A stretch of 64,000 nt of DNA from Candidatus Dormiibacterota bacterium (GCA_035533775.1 DATLTA010000057.1:2836-66835), one strand, 5' to 3'. Positions 19,009 through 28,602 are shown, numbered from the stretch's first letter. The notes: generated from the sequence alone by a model not told the origin. Numbers and translations are program-made.

Positions 19009-20354
19009 TGCGGTATCTTCCGAAAAGCACAGCCGAGCGCCGCGAGATGCTCGCATCCATCGGCGCGTCATCGATTGAAAACCTGTTCGCATCGATTCCC
19101 GAAGCGTTCCGTCTGCAGCAGTCCCTGCGCCTGCCCGGGCCAATGTCCGAGCAGGAAATCATCGACTATTTTCGCGCGCGCGCGGCGGAAAACTCCTGCG
19201 GCTATACGAGTTTCCTTGGCGCCGGCGTGTACAGCCATCTGCGTTCGGTGGTCACCGACTCCCTTATCCAGCGCGGGGAGTTTCTCACTTCCTATACGCC
19301 TTACCAGGCGGAGATCAGCCAGGGCACGTTGCAGGCGATCTTCGAGTTTCAGACGCTGATGTGCGAGCTGACGGGCATGGAAGTCGCCAACGCTTCGATG
19401 TGGGACGGTTCGACGGCAACCACCGAAGCGGTCCTGATGGCCGAACGGCTGACGGGGCGGCATCGCGTAGTTGTGGCGCGGTCGCTGCACCCTGAATACC
19501 GCCAGGTGCTCGATACCTATACGAAAAATCTGGGGCTGCAGATCCACGAAGTTGGATTTACAAGTTCGGGCCAGGCGGATGCGGAGCGGCTGGAAGCGGC
19601 GATCGACACCCAAACCGCCGCCGTGGTCGTGCAATCGCCAAACTTTTTCGGCGTGCTGGAACAGGTGCCCCAACTGGCGGAACTTGCGCACAACAAGGGC
19701 GCGCTGCTGGTTGTCGCCATCGCCGAGGGCGTATCGCTCGGCGCCGTGCGCCCTCCCTCCGAGGCCGATATCGTGGCCATGGAAGCGCAGAGTTTTGGCT
19801 TGCCGCCGAGCTATGGCGGGCCGTATGCCGGAGTGATCGCCACGCGCGATAAATTCGTGCGGCAGATGCCGGGCCGCCTCGCCGGCGAAACTCTGGACAC
19901 GGAAGGGCGGCGCGGTTACGTGCTCACGCTGGCAACACGCGAACAACACATCCGCCGGGAGAAGGCGACTTCGAATATCTGCACCAATCAGGCGCTGTGC
20001 GCGCTGGCTGTGACCATTCATCTGTGCCTGCTCGGCAAGGAAGGTTTGCAGGAACTCGCGGTCCAGAATCTGGCTAAGGCGCGCTTCGCCCTCGCGGAAC
20101 TGGAAAAGATTCCCGGCGTGCAGCGCGCGTTTTCCGGCCCATTTTTCAATGAATTCGTCGTCGAGCTGCCGCGTTCGGTGAAGATGGTGAACGCGGACTT
20201 GCTGAAGGAAAAAATCATTGGACCGTTGCCGCTGGGCAGCCATTACGCGGACCTGACCAAGAGGGCTCTGTTTTGCGTCACGGAAACGACTTCGCGCGCT
20301 GAGATCGAGCGCATGGCCGCGGCCCTCAGGGAAATTCTGTCCAAGCCGGTTTGA
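19008..20354 (+). CDS. gcvPA: glycine dehydrogenase (decarboxylating) subunit 1
   Basis: The ATG overlaps the gcvH stop (TGATG). [40 protein letters not shown] blocks. Confidence 0.93.
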   Translation: MRYLPKSTAERREMLASIGASSIENLFASIPEAFRLQQSLRLPGPMSEQEIIDYFRARAAENSCGYTSFLGAGVYSHLRSVVTDSLIQRGEFLTSYTPYQAEISQGTLQAIFEFQTLMCELTGMEVANASMWDGSTATTEAVLMAERLTGRHRVVVARSLHPEYRQVLDTYTKNLGLQIHEVGFTSSGQADAERLEAAIDTQTAAVVVQSPNFFGVLEQVPQLAELAHNKGALLVVAIAEGVSLGAVRPPSEADIVAMEAQSFGLPPSYGGPYAGVIATRDKFVRQMPGRLAGETLDTEGRRGYVLTLATREQHIRREKATSNICTNQALCALAVTIHLCLLGKEGLQELAVQNLAKARFALAELEKIPGVQRAFSGPFFNEFVVELPRSVKMVNADLLKEKIIGPLPLGSHYADLTKRALFCVTETTSRAEIERMAAALREILSKPV

Positions 20355-20363
20355 GGAATCGGT

Positions 20364-20444
20364 GTAGGGCCCGCCTTCAGGCGGGCAGATTTGAATTGCG
20401 GAACTGCGTAATTGCGAAGATGCTCGCCTGAAGGCGGGCGCTAC
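20364..20444. repeat. pair of inverted 24-nt REP-like stem-loops inside the gcvPA-gcvPB spacer
   Basis: GTAGGGCCCGCCTTCAGGCGGGCA ... TGCTCGCCTGAAGGCGGGCGCTAC. Each folds on its own, and the two are mutual reverse complements with 2 mismatches. Confidence 0.85.
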
Positions 20445-20486
20445 GGAATCAAGAAAACCAAGCGGCGCGAAAAGGAAGAAATTCCA

Positions 20487-21977
20487 TTGACTGATCGAAT
20501 CAAAAAAGCACGGCGCCACATCAGCCAGAACGAAGGACTGATTTTCGAACAATCCGCGCCGGGAAAACGCGGCGTGGAGTTTCCACCCCTCGATGTGCCT
20601 GCCGTGGACGCGCGGACCGCGCTGGGCGCGGCCTACGCGCGCGACGGCGTCGCAGGTTTTCCCGAAGTCAGCGAAATCGAAGTGGTTCGCCACTTCACGC
20701 GCCTCTCCACATGGAATTATGCGATCGACCTGGGCATGTACCCGCTCGGCTCCTGCACGATGAAATACAACCCGCGCGTCAACGAATTCGTGGCCCGGCT
20801 GGACGGCATCGCCACCGAGCATCCCTATCAGCCGCAGGAACTTTCGCAGGGCTGCCTGAAAATCCAGAAACTCCTGCTGGACTGCCTTTCAGAAATTACG
20901 GGGATGGACACCGGCACGCTCGAGCCGGCGGCGGGCGCGCAGGGCGAACTGACAGGGCTGCTGCTGATCCGCGCCTACCTGGAAGACACGCAGGGACACC
21001 CGCGCAAGAAGGTGCTGATCCCGGACTCCGCGCACGGTACCAATCCCGCCACGGCGGTGATTGCCGGATACGAAGTGGAAAACGTGCGCTCGGACCAGCG
21101 CGGCCAGATCGACATCGCGCGCCTGAAGGAAATCGTGAACGGCGACGTGGCCGCCATGATGGTCACCAATCCTTCCACGCTCGGCGTGTTCGAGCAAAAC
21201 ATCGCGGAGGCCGCCGAAATCCTGCACGCCCACGGCGCATTGCTATACATGGACGGCGCAAATATGAATGCGCTGGCCGGCGTCGCGCGCCCCGGCGATT
21301 TTGGCGTGGACGTGATGCACCTGAACCTGCACAAGACGTTTTCGACGCCGCATGGCGGCGGAGGTCCGGGCGCGGGCCCCGTGATGGTCAAGAAAATACT
21401 CGAGCCCTACCTGCCGATTCCCGTGCTCGCCGAAAAAAACGGGAAATTGGCGCTTGAAAATCATCGCTCCAAATCCATTGGCAGGGTGCGCGCGTTTGGC
21501 GGAAATTTCGGCGTGCTGGTGCGCGCGCTGGCCTACACGCTGGCGTACGGCCCGGGCATCCGCCAGGCCACCGAAGACGCGGTCCTTAACGCGAATTACA
21601 TCCGCAAGAAACTCGAGGACGTGTACGACTTGCCCTTCAATTCCCCATCCATGCACGAGGTTGTTTTCAGCGATGCGCGGCAGAAAAAGAACGGCGTGAA
21701 CACCATGGATATCGCCAAGAGGCTGATCGACTACGGTTTTCACCCGTACACCACCGCGTTTCCCCTGATCGTGCCCGGCGCCATGATGATCGAGCCCACC
21801 GAATCCGAATCCAGGCAGGAATGCGATCTGTTTGTGGACGCCATGCGCGCGATCGCGGAAGAAGCCGCGACGAATCCCGAACTGGTGAAGACCGCGCCGC
21901 ACGCCACGCGCATCGGCCGCCTGGACGAAGTCGCCGCCGCCCGCAAACCCGTGCTCCGCTGGAAGCCGAAAGCCTGA
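20487..21977 (+). CDS. gcvPB: glycine dehydrogenase (decarboxylating) subunit 2
   Basis: TTG start inferred (AAGGAAG 8 nt upstream). There is no in-frame ATG between the repeat and the conserved LIFEQS block. PLP-lysine block LNLHKTFSTPHGGGGPG. Confidence 0.9.
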   Translation: MTDRIKKARRHISQNEGLIFEQSAPGKRGVEFPPLDVPAVDARTALGAAYARDGVAGFPEVSEIEVVRHFTRLSTWNYAIDLGMYPLGSCTMKYNPRVNEFVARLDGIATEHPYQPQELSQGCLKIQKLLLDCLSEITGMDTGTLEPAAGAQGELTGLLLIRAYLEDTQGHPRKKVLIPDSAHGTNPATAVIAGYEVENVRSDQRGQIDIARLKEIVNGDVAAMMVTNPSTLGVFEQNIAEAAEILHAHGALLYMDGANMNALAGVARPGDFGVDVMHLNLHKTFSTPHGGGGPGAGPVMVKKILEPYLPIPVLAEKNGKLALENHRSKSIGRVRAFGGNFGVLVRALAYTLAYGPGIRQATEDAVLNANYIRKKLEDVYDLPFNSPSMHEVVFSDARQKKNGVNTMDIAKRLIDYGFHPYTTAFPLIVPGAMMIEPTESESRQECDLFVDAMRAIAEEAATNPELVKTAPHATRIGRLDEVAAARKPVLRWKPKA

Positions 21978-22020
21978 AAACAGGACAGGTTTCCCAGGTT
22001 GCGGAAAAATCGATTTGTAC

Positions 22021-22095
22021 GTCTTCAGGGGTTAAAACCCCAGAAAAAACGCGGATGTTATTTCGTGCCTGAAGGCACGACCCACAAATAATTCC
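22021..22095. repeat. partial copy of the composite repeat (GGGGTTAAAACCCC ... CGTGCCTGAAGGCACGACCCACAAA)
   Basis: Aligns by eye to the 3-prime half of the elements at 32281-32412 and 63455-63585. Confidence 0.65.
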
Positions 22096-22220
22096 ACCTT
22101 TTCCTCAGCCTGTTACGCCTGTCTGTTTTTTTAAGGATTCGCGCAAGGAGTAAATCAGATCGGCAGAAGCCCACCGCATTTTCGCAAAAAAATCGAGACT
22201 GGCTGAAGCCTGTCCTACCT

Positions 22221-22254
22221 AAAAAAAGGGAGGCCCGCTTTTAGCGGGCCTCCC
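22221..22254 (-). terminator. rho-independent terminator of the AAA+ gene
   Basis: Perfect 11-bp stem GGGAGGCCCGC/GCGGGCCTCCC with a 5-nt loop, followed by T7 on the minus strand. Confidence 0.75.
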
Positions 22255-22290
22255 CGGATGACTTCTTTTTTTTAGATTGATGCGAAGCGT

Positions 22291-23517
22291 TTACTGCGTA
22301 TCGACTTTCCGGCGGCTGGTAGCGACCGGAGAAGTCGCGCCGGTTGGCAATGCCGCTGGAGCCTTTGCCTCGCGAACGATCACAGAAGCGGGAGCTTCGC
22401 TGGCCTTCCCGCCGGTGGCCTTGGCCATGGACGCAGCCGCGCCGCGAGCCGACTTTGCCGGCGTGGGAACCACCGCGCCCTCCCCTTCTTTCTGGAAAGA
22501 TAGATGGGTGGATTTCCCGTCCCAATCGACAACCAGCATGTCCCCAAGTGAAATTTGCTCGGTCGCCAGCAGGTTGGCCAGCGGATACACGACAAACTTC
22601 TCAATCGCCCGCTTCAGATGCCGCGCTCCGTATTTAATGTCCGTCCCCTCCTGCAGCAGGAACCGCCTCGCCGGACGCGTCACGCGGAACAGGAATTGGC
22701 CTCGGCCGGTGTCCAGCACGCGCTGCTGCACCATGCCCAGCTCGATTTCCAGAATCTGCTCGAGTTGCTCTTCCCGCAGCGGGTGAAACACCACGATCTT
22801 GTCCAGACGGTTCATGAACTCGGGAGAAAATTTCTTCTTCGCCGCTTCCTGCGCCGTCCGCTCCACCTTGCCATCCAGCTTTTCTTCGATCTTGTCCCTG
22901 GGCTGCACAAATCCCATGCCGCCCGTCATCAGCTCGGTGATTTCTCCCCCGCCCAGGTTGGACGTCAGAAAAATCATGGTCTGCGACAAGTCCACGCGCC
23001 GGTTGTCTCCCAGCGTCAGCGTCGCCTTATCCAGAATCCCCAGCAGCAGCTGCCACAGGGCGTCCGAGGCCTTTTCGATTTCATCGAACAGCAGAAAACT
23101 CAGCTTCAGCTTCTCGGTATGAAACTGCGCCAGTGCTTCCTGCGTGATCAGCGGGTGCGTTTCCCGGTGTCCCAGATATCCGGGAGGCGATCCGATCAGC
23201 TTGGCGATCTCGTGCGAGTGCTGGAACTCGGCGCAGTCCACCTTGATCACCGCGCGCGGATCTCCGAACAGGATCTCCGCAGCCGCTTCCACGATCCTTG
23301 TTTTGCCGGACCCGGTCGGCCCCAAAAACAGCAAATTCCCCACCGGATGGCCCGAAGAGCTCATGCCCGCGCAATACACCTGATACAGGTCCACCAGCGC
23401 GCGGACGCCCTCTTCCTGGCCAACCACCTTGGCTCTCAGCGCGGCCTGAAATTCCTGCGACTCCACGCTTCTCAGCGTGGGATCCAGATGTTGTTGCGTT
23501 GCTCGGTTACTGCTCAT
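22291..23517 (-). CDS. stand-alone Clp/Hsp100 D2-type AAA+ ATPase with a low-complexity C-terminal tail
   Basis: 408 aa. Walker A GPTGSGKT, Walker B FLLFDEIEKA, pore loop GYLG, sensor-1 FLTSNLG, sensor-2 GARHLKRAIE. AGGAGGAAGG Shine-Dalgarno. No N-domain, D1 or M-domain. Confidence 0.85.
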   Translation of the reverse strand: MSSNRATQQHLDPTLRSVESQEFQAALRAKVVGQEEGVRALVDLYQVYCAGMSSSGHPVGNLLFLGPTGSGKTRIVEAAAEILFGDPRAVIKVDCAEFQHSHEIAKLIGSPPGYLGHRETHPLITQEALAQFHTEKLKLSFLLFDEIEKASDALWQLLLGILDKATLTLGDNRRVDLSQTMIFLTSNLGGGEITELMTGGMGFVQPRDKIEEKLDGKVERTAQEAAKKKFSPEFMNRLDKIVVFHPLREEQLEQILEIELGMVQQRVLDTGRGQFLFRVTRPARRFLLQEGTDIKYGARHLKRAIEKFVVYPLANLLATEQISLGDMLVVDWDGKSTHLSFQKEGEGAVVPTPAKSARGAAASMAKATGGKASEAPASVIVREAKAPAALPTGATSPVATSRRKVDTQ

Positions 23518-23527
23518 GGCCTTCCTC

Positions 23528-23965
23528 CTACCGGAACTTCCGGTCCGCCAAAACACCCCGGTGCGGGGCACGATCGAATTGATCGAGTTTGACTCCTACG
23601 GTGGAGTGCAGCAGACGGAGCTGCGTGACAATCTCCCGCCCTGCCTCTGGAGCATGCGAAACATCCAGCAAGGGTGGAAACAAATCAGCCAGGTCGAGGT
23701 TTAAGTTTCGCAAAGTAGTAACCAGGCGCTGAACCTGATTCGATTTCGGATCGAATAGCTCCACGCGATTGTTCACTGCTTCGCGCAACTGCCCCCAGTT
23801 CACATCCAGAAACGGATAGGAACGCGAAACCTGCCGCACGACATCGTCGGTGATTCGGGGACGTTCCCCAAGCTTGGCCAGATGCAATTGCCTAACGCGG
23901 CCGCCCTCGCGAACGTTATGAACCAGATAGAACGTATTCCCTTTGCGCCGCAGAAAAGCCATCAT
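23528..23965 (-). CDS. hypothetical 145-aa protein, translationally linked to the AAA+ gene
   Basis: Normal composition. GGGAG upstream of the ATGATG start. Its TAG stop lies inside the Shine-Dalgarno of the next gene. No motif recognised. Confidence 0.6.
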   Translation of the reverse strand: MMAFLRRKGNTFYLVHNVREGGRVRQLHLAKLGERPRITDDVVRQVSRSYPFLDVNWGQLREAVNNRVELFDPKSNQVQRLVTTLRNLNLDLADLFPPLLDVSHAPEAGREIVTQLRLLHSTVGVKLDQFDRAPHRGVLADRKFR

Positions 23966-23993
23966 TTGCTCCCGGAACCGACAACCTGTGCGT

Positions 23994-24023
23994 AGTGTAT
24001 TCTTGTTCCACTACGCCTGTCAA
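23994..24023 (-). promoter_or_regulatory. candidate promoter TTGACA-N18-TACACT for the 145-aa/AAA+ pair
   Basis: -35 at 24018-24023 and -10 at 23994-23999 (minus strand). A 7-bp inverted repeat CGTAGTG-N11-CACTACG (23991-24015) overlaps the spacer and the -10. Confidence 0.4.
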
Positions 24024-24317
24024 TTTGAATGTCTTATCCTGAGAATCATCTCCTCCGATAAGTAACTGTTCTGCGCAGCCTGTCCGCCGCCTGTACCGAT
24101 GGACAGCACTGCCCTTTACAAATCCGTTCGAACAATTTCCCGGATTTTATTCCCCCGAACTTCCCCAACTCCTTCTATCTAATTGATTAGATGCTCCCAG
24201 CGCAGCAACGACGCTAAATCCACGTTTGCGCCGCAGCCATCGTTCGAAACGGCACAGTTCCCCACCCTCTCCCGCAACGTGTACGGCTACAATGGGAGCC
24301 TCGGCCGGATAAAAACG

Positions 24318-24647
24318 ATGCGTTGGAAACCTGTTTACAGACTGGTCAAAACAATCCCGCGCGGCCAGGTCGCCACGTACGGGCAAATTGCCACGGCGTT
24401 GAAACTGCCCGGCGGGGCGCGTACGGCCGGCCGAGCCATGGCCGCCTGCCCGGCCGGACAAGCCATTCCATGGCATCGCGTCGTGGGTGCGGGCGGCCGT
24501 TTACTGCTGCGCGAGTCCCGCGTCATGCTGCAGCGAAAATTGCTGGAGAGTGAAGGCCTGCGCGTACCGGAAAGGCGCATTCTGGACTTTGCAAAACACC
24601 AGTGGCGCCCGAAAAAGGTGCGCCGCAGGCAATCCGCGAAGAAATAA
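24318..24647 (+). CDS. atl: alkyltransferase-like protein (MGMT DNA-binding fold, Cys-to-Trp active site)
   Basis: 109 aa. IPRGQVATYGQIA helix-turn-helix, then IPWHRVV in place of the PCHRV alkyl-acceptor motif. Confidence 0.75.
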   Translation: MRWKPVYRLVKTIPRGQVATYGQIATALKLPGGARTAGRAMAACPAGQAIPWHRVVGAGGRLLLRESRVMLQRKLLESEGLRVPERRILDFAKHQWRPKKVRRRQSAKK

Positions 24648-24711
24648 AAATTACGAAAATTTTCAACTCCATTCTCTCGGGAGCGGCAGATTGTGTTATA
24701 GGTAAGAACTC

Positions 24712-25635
24712 ATGATAAGCACGGCAAATATAGAAGTTGAGAATCTGACCAAGCGGTACGGCGATGTAGAGGCTCTGCGGGGCGTCAGTTTTTCCGTCAA
24801 CGAGGGCGAGATTTTCGGACTGCTGGGCCCTAACGGCGCCGGGAAAACGAGCACGGTTGAGATTATCGAGGGCCTGCGCACCCCGGATGGCGGCAAGGTG
24901 CGTGTTTGCGGACTTGATCCGCAACGCAGCGGCGACGATTTCAAATTCGTAATCGGCGCGGCGCTGCAATCCACCGCCCTGCCCGACAAAATGCGCGTTC
25001 GCGAAGCCCTGGACCTGTTCGGAAGCTTTTATCCGCGGCGCCGCGGCACCGCCGAACTGCTCAAGCGCTTCGGCCTGGAAGAAAAAAAGAACGCATTCTA
25101 TTCCCATCTATCCGGCGGGCAGAAGCAGCGCCTGGCGCTGGCCATGGCCCTGGTGAACGATCCGCGCGTCATTTTCCTCGATGAGCCGACGTCGGGGCTC
25201 GACCCTCAAGTGCGGCACGAAATCTACGCCGTCATCCAAGAACTGAAGAAGGAAAACAAAACCATCCTGATCACCACGCACTACATCGAGGAAGCGGAAC
25301 ATCTGTGCGACCGCGTGGCGATCGTGGACCACGGCAAGGTCATAGCCCTGGGCTCTCCCCGGGAACTCAAGGAGCGATCCGGCGCCGTCACGCGGATCAC
25401 CGTGCGCATGGCCAAGCCGGAAACCAACGGCGCGCTTAGTACCCTGGAAGGCGTGACCGAGTGCCGTACCGAAGCCGACGATTATCTGCTTTACTCCACG
25501 CGCGTGCCGCGCACGATCGTCGCGCTGGTCAAGCACCTGGAAGAGCAGCACAACGAGCTGATCAGCCTGGAAATTTCCGCTCCGTCGCTTGAAGATATTT
25601 TCCTTGAGTTGACCGGAAGAAGGTTGCGCGATTGA
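24712..25635 (+). CDS. ABC transporter ATP-binding protein (ABC-2/DrrA-like)
   Basis: Walker A GPNGAGKTS, signature LSGGQKQRL, Walker B VIFLDEPTSGLD. Confidence 0.9.
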   Translation: MISTANIEVENLTKRYGDVEALRGVSFSVNEGEIFGLLGPNGAGKTSTVEIIEGLRTPDGGKVRVCGLDPQRSGDDFKFVIGAALQSTALPDKMRVREALDLFGSFYPRRRGTAELLKRFGLEEKKNAFYSHLSGGQKQRLALAMALVNDPRVIFLDEPTSGLDPQVRHEIYAVIQELKKENKTILITTHYIEEAEHLCDRVAIVDHGKVIALGSPRELKERSGAVTRITVRMAKPETNGALSTLEGVTECRTEADDYLLYSTRVPRTIVALVKHLEEQHNELISLEISAPSLEDIFLELTGRRLRD

Positions 25636-26522
25636 AGAATACGTGGGCACTCACGGCAATCCGCATGCGGCTGGCGATACGCAATCGCGCGTTCTTGTTT
25701 TTCAGCCTGATCATGCCCGTCGCGTTTCTGTTTTTCTACATGGGAATTTTCGGGCGGAACGGAGGGCGGGCGGCTCCCTACCTGCTTTCCGACGTTCTGG
25801 CGCTCACAGTGATGGGCAGTTTCTGGGGCCTGAGCGTGCAATTGGTGACGTTTCGCGAACAAGGCATCCTGCGCAGATTCCGCGTCACCCCGGTCACATC
25901 GAGCGGCATGCTGGCATCCAGCCTGCTTTCCAACTATTTCATGACCTTGCCCACGATTGTCATCGAATTCGCCCTGGCGCGATGGATCTTCCACCTGCCG
26001 AGCTACGGTAACGTCCTGTCCGTTCTGTTTATGGTTACCCTGGGGACGATCTGCTTTGCCTCGCTGGGATTGATCGTCGCCAGCGTCACCAATACCATGC
26101 ATGAAACGCAAATCATCGCCCAGATCATCTGGTTTGTGTTCCTGTTCATTTCCGGCGCTACGTTTCCATTTGCGATGCTTCCGGGTTCGGTGCAGGCGAT
26201 TGCAGTATTTCTTCCGGCCACCTACCTGGTGAGCGGCTTGCAACAATCGCTCATTGATCACACCAGTGTGCTGGGTCTGGGAACCTATATGGCCTCGCTG
26301 ATCGGTTGCGCACTGATCGCCTTCCTGATTGCGGCGCAACTTTTTCGATGGGATCCCGAAACGAAAGCTCCTCGACGGGCAAAGCTCTGGGCTGCCTCCG
26401 CGATTATTCCCTTCCTGCTGCTCGGAGCCTGGGAAACCTACTACGGAAATCTTCGCAGCCACGCCTTGAAGGATCTGCAGTCCATTCGGGAGCCGTACTC
26501 GCTGCAGCGCATGGATCACTGA
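25632..26522 (+). CDS. ABC-2 type transporter permease
   Basis: 296 aa with 6 hydrophobic helices. The TTG start overlaps the ATPase stop by 4 nt. Confidence 0.8.
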   Translation: MKNTWALTAIRMRLAIRNRAFLFFSLIMPVAFLFFYMGIFGRNGGRAAPYLLSDVLALTVMGSFWGLSVQLVTFREQGILRRFRVTPVTSSGMLASSLLSNYFMTLPTIVIEFALARWIFHLPSYGNVLSVLFMVTLGTICFASLGLIVASVTNTMHETQIIAQIIWFVFLFISGATFPFAMLPGSVQAIAVFLPATYLVSGLQQSLIDHTSVLGLGTYMASLIGCALIAFLIAAQLFRWDPETKAPRRAKLWAASAIIPFLLLGAWETYYGNLRSHALKDLQSIREPYSLQRMDH

Positions 26523-26630
26523 TGGGCAGGCCCCGGCCCCCCCTGGCCAGCATCCCAGCACGCACCACCCAATATGGCTTTATGAATCGATAAAACCCCA
26601 ATTGCGCCGCTCAGGCGATGCGAAGCGGTA

Positions 26631-26639
26631 TGCTATAAT
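26631..26639 (+). promoter_or_regulatory. extended -10 promoter element TGCTATAAT upstream of ilvE
   Basis: Perfect TGnTATAAT 62 nt before the ilvE ATG. Confidence 0.45.
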
Positions 26640-26700
26640 TCTGTCAGTTTTATTCCGGACAACGGAAACAGTGCGTTGAAACGCGGCAGGGAGAGCTCCG

Positions 26701-27648
26701 ATGGCGATGAAGCCCACTGAAAAGATATGGCATAACGGAAAACTGATTCGCTGGGAGGACGCGACGATTCACGTGCTTTCCCACGTGGTCAGCTACGGCT
26801 CCGCCGTATTTGAAGGCCTCCGCTGCTATGAAACCAAGAATGGGCCGGCCATCTTCCGCGTGCGCGAGCACTTCCAGCGCATGATCAACTCCGGCAAGAT
26901 CTACCGGATCGATTGGCCCTTCACGGTGGACGATCTGTCCAACGCCGCCGCGGAAGTGGTGCGCGTCAACAAGATGAGCTCGTGCTATATCCGGCCGATT
27001 GCCCTGCGCGGATACGGCGACATCGGCGTCGGCGGGCTTGCCGTGCCCACCGAAGTGTATATTGCCTGCTGGGAATGGGGACGCTACCTGGGCCCGGAAG
27101 CGATCGAAAACGGCGTGGACGTCTGCGTCAGCTCGTGGAACCGCATGGCGCCGAACACGCTGCCGAGCATGGCCAAAGCGGCCGCAAACTACATGAATTC
27201 GCAACTGATCCACATGGAAGCCCACGCCAACGGATTTTCCGAAGGCATCGCGCTCGATACGAACGGTTTTGTGAGCGAGGGTTCGGGAGAAAACATTTTC
27301 GTCGTACTGGATGGCGTGCTGTTCACCCCGCCGATGGGAGCCAGCGTCCTGCCGGGAATCACGCGGAGTTCCGTGATGACCCTGTGCGAAGACCTGAAAC
27401 TGCCCGTGCGGGAGCAGATGATTCCTCGGGAAATGCTCTATATCGCCGACGAAGTTTTTTTCACGGGCACTGCGGCGGAGATCAGCCCCCTACGTTCGAT
27501 CGACCGCATCAAGATCGGCAAGGGTTCCCGTGGCCCCATCACCAAAATGCTGCAGGAAGAATTCTTCTCCATCCTGAACGGCGCGCGCCCGGACCGCCAT
27601 AACTGGCTCACGCCCATCAACGTGCCGCTGGGAGCGGCCACCCGCTAG
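26701..27648 (+). CDS. ilvE: branched-chain amino acid aminotransferase
   Basis: 315 aa. YGSAVFEGLRCY, CYIRP, KAAANYMNS, EGSGENIF and GITRSSV blocks. Confidence 0.92.
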   Translation: MAMKPTEKIWHNGKLIRWEDATIHVLSHVVSYGSAVFEGLRCYETKNGPAIFRVREHFQRMINSGKIYRIDWPFTVDDLSNAAAEVVRVNKMSSCYIRPIALRGYGDIGVGGLAVPTEVYIACWEWGRYLGPEAIENGVDVCVSSWNRMAPNTLPSMAKAAANYMNSQLIHMEAHANGFSEGIALDTNGFVSEGSGENIFVVLDGVLFTPPMGASVLPGITRSSVMTLCEDLKLPVREQMIPREMLYIADEVFFTGTAAEISPLRSIDRIKIGKGSRGPITKMLQEEFFSILNGARPDRHNWLTPINVPLGAATR

Positions 27649-27775
27649 GGAAATCAGACCGGGGAGCAACGCTCCCGGGGCGGGCGCGCTTCCATCGCGC
27701 CCTGTGAAGGCGGCTTCCGCATTCCTGATGTAGAATAGCGAATTCTCGTAGCCGGTTTGTCGAAGAGGGTTCCGG

Positions 27776-28501
27776 ATGTACAACAGGCCGCAAAAACTCC
27801 TGGCTGAATTTATTGGTACGTTCGCACTGGTCTTTTTTGGCGTGGGAGCAATCATCGCGGACCAGTTTCTCCGCACCAGCACCGACGCGCATTCCGGCAT
27901 CGGAATCCTGGGAATCGCCCTGGCCCAGGGCCTGATTTTCGGAATCATGGTGTCGTCGCTCGGCCATATTTCCGGAGGCCACTTCAACCCGGCGATCACC
28001 ATCGGCTTCTGGGTGGTTCGCCGATTTTCCACGTTTGACACGCTGGCCTACTGGGTTGCGCAGATCACGGGCGCCGTGGCGGCGGCCTACCTGCTGCGAA
28101 GGCTTCCCTTTGACGCCTGGAGCGCGGTGCAACTTGGCACGCCGGACCTGGCCAACGGCATCACGCGAACCGATGGAATGATTCTGGAAGCGGTGATGAC
28201 GTTTTTTCTGGTCTTCGTGTTTTTCGCAACCATTGTTGATGAACATGGGGCATTCAAAAACATTGCCGGGTTCGCGACGGGCTTGACGCTCACGGTCAGC
28301 GTGCTGTTGGGCGCGCCCTTCACCGGGGCGGCGCTCAATCCTGCGCGCGCGGTGGGTCCCGCACTAGCGGCGAACCACTGGACCAACCACGGCGTTTACT
28401 GGATCGGCCCGCTGGCAGGCGGCGTGGTCGCCGCCTGGCTGTACGACACTTTTTTCCTCCCGAAGTCCGAAAAAGATCCCGAGCAGGCAGATCCTGAGTA
28501 G
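27776..28501 (+). CDS. aqpZ: aquaporin (MIP family)
   Basis: Two NPA boxes (GGHFNPAIT and GAALNPARA) and six helices. Confidence 0.92.
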   Translation: MYNRPQKLLAEFIGTFALVFFGVGAIIADQFLRTSTDAHSGIGILGIALAQGLIFGIMVSSLGHISGGHFNPAITIGFWVVRRFSTFDTLAYWVAQITGAVAAAYLLRRLPFDAWSAVQLGTPDLANGITRTDGMILEAVMTFFLVFVFFATIVDEHGAFKNIAGFATGLTLTVSVLLGAPFTGAALNPARAVGPALAANHWTNHGVYWIGPLAGGVVAAWLYDTFFLPKSEKDPEQADPE

Positions 28502-28511
28502 GACAGGAATC

Positions 28512-28538
28512 AGCCTGCCGAAATGACGGGCTTTTTTT
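28512..28538 (+). terminator. probable rho-independent terminator after the aquaporin gene
   Basis: AGCCTG ... CGGGCT stem (one G-U pair) followed by T7. Confidence 0.5.
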
Positions 28539-28602
28539 CCGCACGCGGTGAAGTTTGCTGGGGGTTCTGCCCGGGGGCTGCTGTTTGCCGTTTATGCGAA
28601 AA

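Noticed and set aside
19068-20822. 584-aa minus-strand ORF across gcvPA and the gcvPA-PB spacer
   Set aside because: It is antisense to gcvPA with the same Arg/Gly-rich artefact composition. It also runs through the REP-like spacer.
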